Positions 35,494-47,245 are shown, numbered from the stretch's first letter. The stretch is 64,000 nt of DNA from Tubiluchus corallicola (GCA_030141605.1 JAQGDQ010000002.1:1-64000); one strand, 5' to 3'. Numbers and translations are program-made. Notes: generated by a model not told the origin, from the letters alone.

Positions 35494-38278
35494 CTGTCTT
35501 CTTCTTCTTCATTACTATCATCTGTAAAATAATCATCACTACCACTGCTGTCATCATCATCATCATCATCGTCGTCATCATCATCGTCATTACTATTGGC
35601 ATTATTTGTTTCCTCGGCTTTTTTGATTTTTATATTTGTCTTTGCATAACTTTGTTCCCTTTCATCAGTGTTTTCACCCGTCTTGTCAACATCTATAAAG
35701 GTATTTAATTTGCCATTTGCATATCTATTACCAGTTTGTATTTTGGTAGCACCATTGTCTTTTTGTTTAGACGAGAGTGCATTTTCATTTGTATTCATAC
35801 CACTATTGATTTCATCATCTTCTGTATCATCTTCATCTTCATTAAGTTCATCTGTTTCATTGTCATCTATTTCAAATGTAGTATCATCTTCATTGTCTTT
35901 GTCCGTTTGAGCATATCTGTCACGTGCAACCAATCGGTTTTGGTCTGACATTTTCTTGTTTTGGCTATTAACAATGTGATTTCTCTTGTCCTGTATATCA
36001 TCACCTTCATCTCCATAATCATCTTCAGGAAGATTACGTCTTTTTTCGTCGCGTTTTTCAGCACCCACATCTTCAGTCTTACTTTTATCATTTTTATTCG
36101 TTTCTTCTTGAATTTGTTCAGGATGCGAAAAATCATCATAGTCATCAATCTCTTGCTCCTCTTCATAATTATCATGAAATTTTCCTTGACCTGCTGCAGA
36201 GCTGTCAAAACGATCTTTCTGCTTTTGAATTCCTTTATTGTTGCCAATGGCCTCTTCATCTTCTCTTTTTTGCATTCCAGTGGATTTGCTATTTACTACT
36301 TGATTTGTAAGTTTGGTACCATCCACTTCGTACTCTGCAGAATAATCATCATTCATGTGTCTTTTTTCATCATCAGCATGCTGATATTTTTCTTCCATTC
36401 TTCTCTCACTTTCTTCAGCAGGATAATCAAAGTTCATTTCGAGAAAGTTCGGATTCTCATATTCGTCCTTCATACTTCTTTCCTGGTTCTTTTCTTCATT
36501 CTCTGTAATTACGTCATCATAATTGCCACCTGGTTCTTTGTCTACGTAATTGTTGTTATCCACATCTCGTTCTTCCACATCATTAATGTATTCATAGGCA
36601 TCATCATAATCAATGTTGTTGTCAGTTTTTTGCTCTGCCTTTTCACCATTCTGATTATGATCACGATCTTCTTCACGGCTTTCTTGCTGGCTTGATTCAT
36701 AGTTGTCGATTCCATAACCAGAGTCATCATTATTTTTGCTACGCTTGTTACTCTGTCTAGTATCACTATTTCCAGTAATATCGGCTCGCTTTTCTCTTTT
36801 GTCTGCATTGCTATGACTTTCACTTGAATGTTCATCCAAATATGCATAACTGACTTCTTCTGTTTCTGATTCACTCCTTTCTCTTTTTCCAAAAGATTTT
36901 CCTAAAGAATCTCCTAATTTTTTAAAAAGATCTGCAATGAGGGTTCGTTTATTTCTATCTTGGGAAGAATGGTCAACATTGCCAGTGTCACTCTTGGCTA
37001 CAGGCTGACGGCTGTCTCGACTTTTCGCTCCTCTTCTACTATATTTGTCTAGCAACTTCCAGTACTCCTTTGCTCTCACGTGGTTTCCACTAGAGCTTCT
37101 TTCACCGTCAGTATCAGCAGCAGGCTCGTTAAGAATGTGTTTCGGAGACTGTGAATGTCTACCAAACTTGTTTATAGACTGACGTTCTGGATGATGTGAA
37201 TAGCGTTCTCTTCCAATCCGTTGAGAGCGTGAATCGTCCTCATCGTTTTCATCGTCTTCATATAGTTGTCGTTTGTGCCTTTTTGCCTCTTTCACTGTCT
37301 TTTTGCTAGCGTTGTAATTGCTGAAACAGAAAGTGCATAAAATTATAAATGAGCTAAAAATGTATAATAATGAAACATTGATGTAAATTTGTGGTAATAT
37401 TTTCGACTACAATTACATTGCAGATGTATTCATTAAATGATACGACATGACAGAAATCTGCAAACACACATGTTGAAATTCACGTTTTTTTCTAAAAGCA
37501 AAGCACGCACATCAGTTGAAAGATGGTGTACGCAGCAATCTAGTATCTGCAATATTTCGTAAATATTCTGTATTTGTAATAAAACCTTGAAACGATCTCA
37601 TGAAACATAACAAATTTGCTAATGAGGCCAGTGAATTACGATTGGTATTCTAACTGTTATCTTCAAGTTTCCATAATTTTTCGTAGACATTTTATGTTTG
37701 CAATGTAGTGACAGATATGCAAATACGCTACTTCTTAGTCCTTTTTACTCGTAACCTTGGTAATCTGTGAATTTCAAAAACTAGTTTTCAGCTTCTGGCG
37801 GCCTAGCATTGCGTTAAAGCCATGTGAGTAAACGCCACATTTTTTATGTTTACGAAAACTATTTTATTAATTATCAAAAATCAACAACAAAGGTTTACTG
37901 AAGTTTTCACATGTAGTCAAAATGAACTAGAAATGGTAGAAATAAAAAAATGACAACGTAACGCAATACACAAGTTTGCAAAATATAGACGTGTACGTTA
38001 TATTATCTAGGTACTTTAATTTTTATTACAGTTACACATCCTACAAAGTTACAAACAACTTGAAACAAGCTATTTAGTGAACGATAATCTACGATACCAA
38101 AAGCATGCGCAACTCGAAAAGATAAAGAAATAGGAAAGATTATTATTAATTATGAAAGTAAGTTTCCTTACAAAACAAATTTACTTGTCGATTCTCACCT
38201 TACTCCAAAAATGACTGCAACGATGAGTACGATCGCTAAAACAACACTTATACTTGTACAGAATTTGTTCTTCATCAT
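33187..38278 (-). CDS. Secreted highly acidic (D/E/N-rich) granin-like or matrix precursor, ~1400 aa, 2 exons, with an apparent 1-nt frameshift at ~35463
   Basis: Exon 1 (38278-38199) encodes MMKNKFCTSISVVLAIVLIVAVIFGV with an AG|gtgaga donor. Exon 2 starts at 37320 after a tttctgtttcag acceptor, in frame with the 630-aa ORF. The 725-aa ORF continues in the -1 frame from 35463 with the same composition. Confidence 0.8.
35463..35590 (-). repeat. Coding (GAT)n/(GAA)n microsatellites (poly-Asp/Glu)
   Basis: (tca)n tracts on the + strand at 35463-35493 and 35551-35590. Confidence 0.9.
35463..37320 (-). CDS. Acidic precursor exon 2, part before the frameshift
   Basis: 630-aa ORF; RHKR, RNKR, GKR and many KR sites; poly-Asp tracts. 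Confidence 0.85.
38199..38278 (-). CDS. Exon 1 of the acidic precursor (signal peptide or signal anchor)
   Basis: ATG ATG, basic n-region, ~17-residue hydrophobic core, phase-2 gtgaga donor matching the 37320 acceptor. Confidence 0.8.
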
Positions 38279-38320
38279 AGGCGACGAACACACGGTTTAG
38301 TGTTTAGTTATACGCCAAAA

Positions 38321-38379
38321 TTATACAGCCACATGTTTCATTCTAGTTAAATGGACATCCACGAAAAATGTTTGCGTCA
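38321..38379 (-). promoter_or_regulatory. Candidate proximal promoter of the acidic precursor: CRE-like TGACGCAA plus TATAA
   Basis: Minus strand TGACGCAA at 38379-38372 and TATAA at 38325-38321, ~43 nt before the ATG. Confidence 0.35.
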
Positions 38380-39006
38380 TGCCGCAGACATTGTTTGCAT
38401 CACACTACATTGTTGTGGGAGGAAATGGCGCGCTGTATGCATTGTCTTGAAGTGTTTGCGCTAACCTACAACCTCCTACTTAGATTGTTCAAATGAAAAA
38501 AAAATATTTTTAGTACGGATTCATTTAAAGGCAAGAATTACATTTCATGATTTGAGGATTCTTTGCTTGAGACAAATAACTGAACTGAGTGAAATGCTTG
38601 TGCAGCGAAAAATAAATGTTGTATTAATCCCGAATCTCAATCATCGGAATAAAAATTTTAATGTTGTTGATGTATAACGACAACCTTCGACGTCGAGTAG
38701 TCAGAATTTGAGTAAAAGAGCTGTGGTTGTAAAAAAGTGGTACTTAATAATTTAGGACGCTTTCAATATTCTTCATTCAAGGTTAAAGAATATCTTATCC
38801 ACGAATACCTAATTCAAAGAAACAGGGACCTATAGCTAGGTTATTCACCTGACCTCGAAGCGAAATACAGACCCAGAATTCAATATCAACCATGGAATAT
38901 TTGTAGACATAATTAATGACACTGGGAACTTTGTATTGACACAGAAAAAGTATTGTTGACAGCTGGCGTTTTGCAGCAAACTGACACAGTGTGTGGTGCC
39001 GAACAA

Positions 39007-39811
39007 AGTAGGCAAAAACGACACAGGTATAAATGGAACAGGAAAAATGGCACAGAAAAAATGGCACAAATAGAAAAGTAGGTAAAAATGGCACAGGAAA
39101 AAATGCCACACTTAAATATGTGTTTAGGGTTAGGGTAACAGTGGGGGGATAATTATTTTAGTTGTTTTTACCTCCGCCAAGGAAGTTATGCTTCAACACT
39201 GTTTGTTTGTTTGGGTTTTGTCTGTTATGACAGTAAGCCTATTACGCAAAAACTATCTAACAGATTTCCAAGAAACTTTGCGAAGAAAGGCCGGGTGTAG
39301 TGTGCAAAATTGGAAATCTTTTCGCCTGTTCTTTTTCCGCAAAACTTGACCGAACATCACGCACAAAAAACATTCACGAAACACTTCGTAGAGGTCTCAG
39401 AGGGAGTGTTTAGTATTTCTTTTTTGTTATCTCCACCAGGACAAGCAACTACAAGTTAGTTCCAGGTTCCATTTCCAGAAATTCTCGCTTGTAAAACCGT
39501 GTAACGCTGTCTATAGCCTTTGCTTATTAATGTGTTTAGCCTTATAATGTGAGTTAGTACGTACATATTTGTCAGTCTAATGTCATCGCTAAAATTAATG
39601 GCTGAAAAGGTAGATAAACACCATGTGGAACATTCATGCATTGTTGATTATAAATCTATTTAATGAACAAATATTTTGTGAGTCTTTTGCTAGTCTATAT
39701 AATGCCAACACATTCTAGTTTCATTATCGAAATCAATTGCATCAAAATAACATATGTGCCACTTTTTCCTACTTTTCCATTTGTGCATTTTTTTCCTGTG
39801 CCATTTTTACC
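39007..39811 (+). mobile_element. Composite non-autonomous element, copy 1: inverted ends built of aaaaatggcac subrepeats, Helentron/DINE-like core
   Basis: Left aaaaatggcac array and inverted right array gtgccatttt; internal tttagggttagggt, ttacctccgccaaggaagttatg and (gttt)n. Confidence 0.65.
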
Positions 39812-39844
39812 GTGCAACGCTGCCGAAACCTGCCTTTGAGCGAA

Positions 39845-40830
39845 TGGAAAATGGACACAAATGAAAAAATGGCACACTTAATAAAATATGAGTTAGGGTT
39901 ACTAGTTAGGGATAATTATTTTTACTTCTCCCAAGCAGGTGTTATTTTTAGCGCCGTTTATTTACCTGCTCTTTTGTTTGTTTACGTATTTTTTGTCCCT
40001 TTATTAGTTATCAGAATTACATAAAAACTATAGTTCGTGAGCTACGATTATGATTACGATTACCTCCGCCAAAGAGGTTATGTTTTCATCGCTGTTGATC
40101 TGTTAGTTTGCTCGTTAACATGCTTAGGCTAAAACTACTTGACAGATTTTCACGAAATTTTGTGAAAAGTTGGGCATAGCTATAAGACAAGCAATGCGAA
40201 TTTGGTACCAGGCGAGCAGCCAAAAATTGCCAAAAGGAGTGTTTTATTCACAAAAGTTGTTGGAACACCATTGCAAAAATGCAATAGCGGGGCTTCGTGA
40301 AGGGAATTTTATAGCTCTTTAGAAAGAGGAGGAACGCCGCTACGCGATAGGCTAAGATAATAAATACTTCCACCTGGACGAGTTAGTTCTAGGTTCCATT
40401 TAGAGGAATTTTCGCTTGCAAAACTATGCAACGCTGTCCATGAGCTTATCTTATGGATAGCCTAGTATGTAAATGCGGTATATTTGTCAATCTAAATGAT
40501 CAATGTGAAAAGGGTCAAAGAATTGTAGACAAATACAAAGTAAAATATTCGTGCACTGTTGTTATGAATACGTTGCTGTTTTATGAACAAATTTTTTCGC
40601 TAGTCTATATAAAATTCGTTATGTGTGTAGGTATATTTTTGTATATTTGTCTGTTCATCTTTCTTTTATTTTTTTGTTGTCAAAAAATCAGACTAATAAT
40701 GTCTAGAAAACGTTCAGTTTCAGTGAAGGTCTGCTTCCTACTGAGTACATTTTAGTTTTACATATGTCACAACCATATGTGCCAGTTTTTCCTACTTTTC
40801 CATTTGTGCCCTTTTTTCTGTGCCATTTGT
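39845..40830 (+). mobile_element. Composite non-autonomous element, copy 2 (tandem, diverged)
   Basis: Collinear blocks shared with copy 1: ttacctccgcca, gttagttctaggttccattt...ttcgcttg, gctagtctatataa, catatgtgccagtttttcctacttttccatttgtgc. Confidence 0.65.
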
Positions 40831-41160
40831 ACTCACTTTCGGGAGACCCATATGCCTCCCCTCATATCGACTCTGGACGTGATTACTAGGGAGCGATTCG
40901 AGTCGGAAATTCCAAACAGTCAATACGTGCTTCGCTGAAATTTTTATGCTTTTATTTAACGTTTTTCTAAACACATACATTTTCACGTACATGGCACGCA
41001 AAACGGCTGAAGTAGCAACTTTAGAAATCACAAAATTGTTAGTCTTCTGTAAAACACCGAACCTATGCTGCCGTCATGTTTACCATGTGCTTTCTTGCAG
41101 GATTCGCAGCGATGCCGAATTGCGATTGATTTAATTAAGTGTCGAAGTTACTGCAACAGT

Positions 41161-41340
41161 ACTACCTTCACCACTACCACCCCCACCGCCAGCGGCAGCA
41201 AGACCAACAACAACGACGGCAACCATCATCATTGTTGTCACTGTCATTGCTGTTCCTGTTGTTGCTACTGTTCATTTTCTTGTTGCGGCTGTTTGTGTTG
41301 CTGCTGTCGTCTCACAATGGGGGTGGTGGTGAAGGTGTTG
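41161..41340. repeat. Low-complexity triplet-like foldback
   Basis: accttcaccactaccaccccc...(caa/cag)n, then (tgt/tgc)n...gggggtggtggtgaaggt. Confidence 0.6.
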
Positions 41341-42806
41341 CTACAATAATTTAAATATACACTGTTCGGCAAGGTGTAACATTTTTGGCTGTTGTAGATT
41401 TATAGTGTTTTGTGCGAACATTTGAAATGAATTTTGTAAATTAAAATTTAGCATGAAATTTGACAAGATTCTGTGCAATGCAGCACTTGAATCGGAATGA
41501 GAAAAAAGTGGCCCAAGTTCTAATTGCGCTACTGATAATTTTTTTTATAGAATACCTGATTTGAAATACGCTACGTTACTATAAAACCTCGTAATTAAGA
41601 AGTAGACTCTGCAAGAAATTTTGTTTCATGTGGTATTTTTGCTCATGCAGACTATCCATCATTTTTACTCAAATTAGTCTATAAAGTTTTGATTAATTGC
41701 TCAGTTGTTGTTCATGTAATTTAATTAACTGTAAATTTATAGTCTCTTGATTGTCTTCTCAATTAACACAGCGCTGCTCTGAACAAGCTCGGATATTTCC
41801 AGCATTAATTTCTTGTGGTGTGTTAGGATCCACGCATTTTTGTCAAGTCAACAAGCGCACAATTAATAAGCCAATTAATTTTGCAGTTTTGATGTCACAC
41901 TTGCGCTTGTAACTTATCAAAACATTACTGATTACTGACCAGCGTGCTCACAGATGACAGCGTGCACTGTAAATGTGATTTGGAAATCTGTTCAGTCACC
42001 ATCAGTGGCTTCGATCACCTGTTACAATTAATTGCAAAGAAACATAATAAGCAAAATCTTTTTAACATTTTATGCGCTGGTATTTTATTGTTAGAATGTT
42101 TTATACAGTTTGAAAATAAAAATTAATTTATATTTTATAAAATATTATTAAAAATTATCACAAAATTTAACCAAAATTTTGCGTAAACTAAACGCTTTAT
42201 TAATTTTGTTGTAAAAATGTTTGCAAGACCATATTTGGGAGAGCATGTCTATTTAAGCACAGTAATTGCCGTATAATTTTTAAAGTATTTTGAATTTTTA
42301 ATAGCTTATTCTGATATTATTGATGTTATGGTGTTTTGAGTGAGGGTGGATGCTTGGTGTCTGTATGATCTTTCTCCATCCCATCACTCTTTCCAAACTA
42401 TTAATCCTTATTAGCACGTAACTTGTTTGCTGCACGACACAACTAAAAAAATGCAAACTCAAGTTCAATTTATTTAGTGTTTCACCCACTGGTTATTGAA
42501 TTTTGACTTCATGTTTTAGGATTTCTGCAAAATAATATTTGTGTTGAGTTTTAGTTCACTTTGATCTACATAGATGGCAGGACAGTTGCAACGATCGCGT
42601 GCGCCGCCTGGGTATTCTGAGAGCTAAAGCTCTCAAAACGTTACTACCTGGTACTCTCGTGTGTACAGTAGCGGCAACCGGCATTGATCGAGAATGTCAT
42701 GAGCGTGTGTAAAAAGTTGTGTAGTTAGTTAAAATTTCTGGTGAAATAATGTTTGCATCATTTTTTGCACGTCATTTGTTTCTTTCGTGCTTATGACAGA
42801 ATAGTT

Positions 42807-43092
42807 ATGACAATGGTCATTAATACAATTCTTTCGGTTTTATGGCTGGTAAGCTTATTCTTAATTTCACAAGCTGCAGACCAGACACCTTCCCGCCCAA
42901 ACGTTATTTTGATGATGGCTGATGATCTTGGATATGGGGATGTCGGAATGACAGGAAATAAAACAATTCGAACACCGAACATTGATAGTATAGCTGCCAG
43001 AGGTGTGATGTTTACCCATCACCTTGCTGCTAGTTCTGTTTGTTCTCCAAGCAGGGCTGCGTTTCTTACCGGGCGCTACCCTATTCGTAGTG
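42807..43092 (+). CDS. STS: Sulfatase exon 1 (signal peptide, CSPSR motif)
   Basis: ATG at 42807 or 42813; G|gtaagt donor. Confidence 0.9.
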
Positions 43093-46000
43093 GTAAGTTT
43101 TTAGTTACAAATCTACATTTATTACTGCAATTGAAATAGAACATCGAAATTGAGATAACTACCATCTCTAATTTACGTATCTGAATAACTTTAAACTCTT
43201 ACTTTTCATAGGGACCTAGAGTTGAACTCTGTTGTGGTCCCTCCTCAAAAAAGGTTTAAAACTATTGATGGTGCATCAGCTGTTGCTGCGGGCACTTTGT
43301 TCCAAGAGTTGATGACATGTGGGGGGCAAAAAAGAAATCGAATACAGAAGGAGTTTAGAAGAGCTGGAAAAGAAATGGTCGTGCTGGAAAAGAAGTCAAA
43401 AAGAACATATAATCCATTGACTGTCTTGTAACAGTTGATGAGATCAAAGGTCTCTCTCCGTTGTTCTAAAGTCGATATTGTGGAACGGTGAGCATCCTGA
43501 GTCGAACACATCGATTTTGTGTTTTTTCCAGTTATGCTTTAAGAGTGGAGTGCTGTGGTAATAAGGTTCTTACAGCATACCCAAGAATTTGACGCACAAC
43601 AGATTTGTACAGAGGAATGATTACAAAGGCTTTCTTGGATGAGATACAACATTTAATCATACTATCAGCGTTGTGACCCCAAAATAGATGTTTATCCTCC
43701 TCAATCAGGGATGTTACCGAAACTGAAATTTATGAAACATAGGAAGCTGATACTGAAACGAAATCGAACCGAAATCATTTTTGCAAAGCTAACTATTATG
43801 AAAACTGAAAAAATTCTGAAATAAATAAAATACTTTGTTTTTGGCAAAAAATCCAACCAAAAAAAGTGGAACAATGTTTATGGTTTAAAAGCACGAAGCT
43901 TCAAAAATTTTCGACGAAAGAGAAACTCAACCGAAATTGCAATTATCGGTAAACCGAAACGAAATCTTAGTTTCGATAACATGCCTATCCTCAGTGGGTC
44001 CATCTTTCAGTTAATATGGAATTTGACACTTAAAAGTTTTTTTAAGAAAGATTCATAAAAGATGGCTTTTGCTTTTTTAAGCTTCAATAACCATGCTTCA
44101 CAGTTCATACTATCTCTGAATTGATGTTGTTCAGGCTGAGTTGTGTCATATGCCTACCATAATCATCCTATGTCAAACGTTGTGGCTTTAAATCACCGGT
44201 GTACAGTCGATGATGTGTTAGTCGATACACTTCGTAATACCATTTATGAAGATTAAGAAACAATAAGAAAGGGTGCCTTGGGGTATGCCACTGCAAGTAT
44301 ATTCAGCTTATAGTTATGCTGTTGAAGTCAACACGTTGGCGATAGTTTGTCAAGAAGTGCTGGAACAAACTGGTCTAGATGGGTGGGTTTGAATTTATGT
44401 ATGTATTTCTGATGAATGTCGGACAAAGCACTTTTACACTAAATTTTGTAAGACTTCGTAAATAATTGTTGAGAAAACAGGGAATTAAATGGCATTGAAG
44501 ATTACGCAGAATTATATAAGTTTGTGTTTATGAGCTTTCTCTTAAACAAGCAATTGAAATCGTGATCCGAAACTTTTCTCAGATCAGTTTAATAAGATTA
44601 TTTCTCTCTATCTTTTACTAGAATAAAGTCATAATATTATAACTTCTATCACAAAACCTCTGTTTTGCCTACTAAGTTATTTTTTCATTATTTTCTGTAG
44701 ATATCTGTAGTAGTGATCATTTCAGAGAATGATGGTAGTGCAGGTTTTGAAAGAATGTAATTGAATTAATAGTTTTGATGTTATAGATCTTCATTTATCG
44801 TTGATCAATTATCAAAGCCTGGAAAATTGTTTAAGGTTCATGTAATTGAACTTTCAACTTTTATATTTGCTTTTATAAAAAATAAAAATCTTACAGTCCA
44901 AAATTTAGTATAGCTAGTAATATTAGTAAATATTATAAATGACTAATCAATAGCTTTAGCTACTAAAGTAAACCTTTTCAATGCAGAATATTTGCTTTGT
45001 GGCGGATCTTAAAAAAAGCATTGCCATGCTCGTAGTTTAGAGCATATTTTTGTAATAATTCGTTATATACATTACTGTTACTGTGCTAGTGAAGTAACTA
45101 TTGATTTTAATTCTATACTCAGCAGTGGAGTAGCGTCAACTATTTTCAGACATCAGTTCATACTGACAACGAGCGTCAGTATCCAGACATTGAAAAGCTG
45201 GTACAACTTTCAGTTTACTCATTAATTAACTTTAGAATAAAGTACTTAGCCGTTGCAGTATAGTATAAGTTTGAAATATGTTCTATATTCGGACAATCGA
45301 CATTAAATTTTTATTCTTTTTTCATAGTTCACTTTTATTGCAGTTATACTATTTTTTTCTTGACAGTCCATAATAAGGACGAAATATGAAAAGGCTATTA
45401 TACTGCGACTTATTATTGTAACTAATGATCCGTGGCCTCATTTTAGGGAGTCACGCTTTACATCTTGGCATTTGTTTATATTCAAATATTGATGCTTCGG
45501 AGACGATTAATGTGGGCAACTAATGGACTATTATTAAACTTTCTGAGGTGTGCCTGCCTTGCATCAATTGATGTGACTAGTTGTGTCTTATAAGGATTGT
45601 AGGTTGTAACTTGATACTGGGAAAGCTGATAGTTCCGAATTTTATTAAAATAGTCGCATTTAAACTTTTATTGCAGTGTACTTGTTTGGGTCTTGGTAGA
45701 ACGCGTAAACTACATGGACAAGAAAGTTCGTAATTATGATATATATTATATACAGCAAAAATTATATTCTCTGTAGATTTAATTTTTGTCAGGCTAGACG
45801 GATGGTTTTATTTTATCCACTTTTAAATAATTAAAAAATTTTATGTGCTAATCTTTGGTTCACATCTTTAAAAGTTTTTCAGTAAGTACTTATAAAGTAG
45901 GCTACCGATTTAAAGCAGTGCAGTGAGTGCACATTGCAGCTAACGTTCCTGAACTTCCATCATGTTCTATGGTGGACTATTTTGCTCATCACTTGAGATT

Positions 46001-47245
46001 ATTTTGTATGTGCTGCTTGGTGGCTTTTTCAATTTCTTGTGTCCTAATATTGCGGCCTTAAGGGCTTATAACCACATGGATTACACAGATTTTTCTTACA
46101 TGATTTCTGATGCCACAAATATGAGGCTAAAGGCCTACGTTCACATTAATGGTGATGGTAGTCCAGTAATACATTGCTCTACAGACTCCTGAGTCCGGCC
46201 TATTTCAAGTACAGTGTACTTATGTGCTGCAAAACAAGTACTTTGTTCACTGTTTACGCCGCAAAAACATATCAGTTGTCTATATTTAAAAATACAGATT
46301 TTAAGGCCGTAAGTATTTTCACTGTATATAAATTTACAATTAAATAATTAGACTAAGTGCTATCTTAGATGTCTATAAAATTTATTTTGACGAGCCTTTA
46401 AATTCACTAAGCAGCTGTGGCTGGAAAAAGACTTTGTGTGCTGCGATCAGCTTCCCTGGAATTTTTCTGTTTAAAAATACATCTACTTTGTATTTAAAAA
46501 TCGCAGTGCGAGATATAGGTGAATTCATTGGTCTGCTCAGTATTGCAAAGTCTTGGCAGTTTAAACTTTTTATTGAATGACAAGTTTATTTTGGTACTGT
46601 ATTTTTGCTGCCTGAAAAAATTTTAATATCCAGCTGCTATATTAATTAGACATTTAAGGAAATTTTATCTGCCCAGCAGATATATTTTGCCTTACTCATA
46701 TAATACATTTCTAATAAAAACTTTAAATGTTTGCGGAAAAGAGATACATGCGTGGGAGAGTTTTTGTGGGTTGGCCAATTTCCTTTAGGAATTCTGCTCG
46801 AAATCTGTTTAAGCTTTCTTGTCAATATTTCATAGCCATCGGAGTAAATGTAGCCTGCACATGTTCAGCAGACGCAGTGCAAATCTGATGTTACTTTGAT
46901 GCTTTTAATCAGCCAGTTCATTTAGCATCACCATGGCACGAGCCGAGTGTTGCAACTTTCTTGGTTAGTTTGGTTTCAGACGTATGTGTCATCCCTATAT
47001 ATGGTCTCTTGTACGATGCACTGAACGCTGCAGGTTGGTGGTGAACTGCGTTGGTTATGTCATAATTTCAGGAGCGCTATATCTGAGATACGTGAGAATT
47101 AGCATTCCAGCATCCACTCAGCTGGTCAAGTATCAAAACAGTATTTAAAACAGAAAAACGAGGATAATAGACATTGCAGCCTAACATTCCGTACAAATTG
47201 TAAAATCATAAACTTTTAAAAAGTATTTAATATATGTTAATTTTG

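Noticed and set aside
33197-36892. Many long antisense and off-frame ORFs rich in S, F or I
   Set aside because: Shadows of the low-complexity D/E/N coding strand. The same applies to the antisense ORFs over the ZNF839-like exons.
39007-39110. Short repeated units as a CRISPR-like array
   Set aside because: Eukaryotic context, degenerate contiguous subrepeats without unique spacers, and no cas genes.
39125-39136. TTAGGG repeats as an interstitial telomere (also 48365-48380)
   Set aside because: Only two units, embedded at the same position in copies of a dispersed element.
41065-41349. Cys-rich ORF (HHHCCHCHCCSCCC...) resembling a metallothionein
   Set aside because: Arises from a TGN triplet low-complexity tract; no regular CxC/CK spacing and no gene structure.
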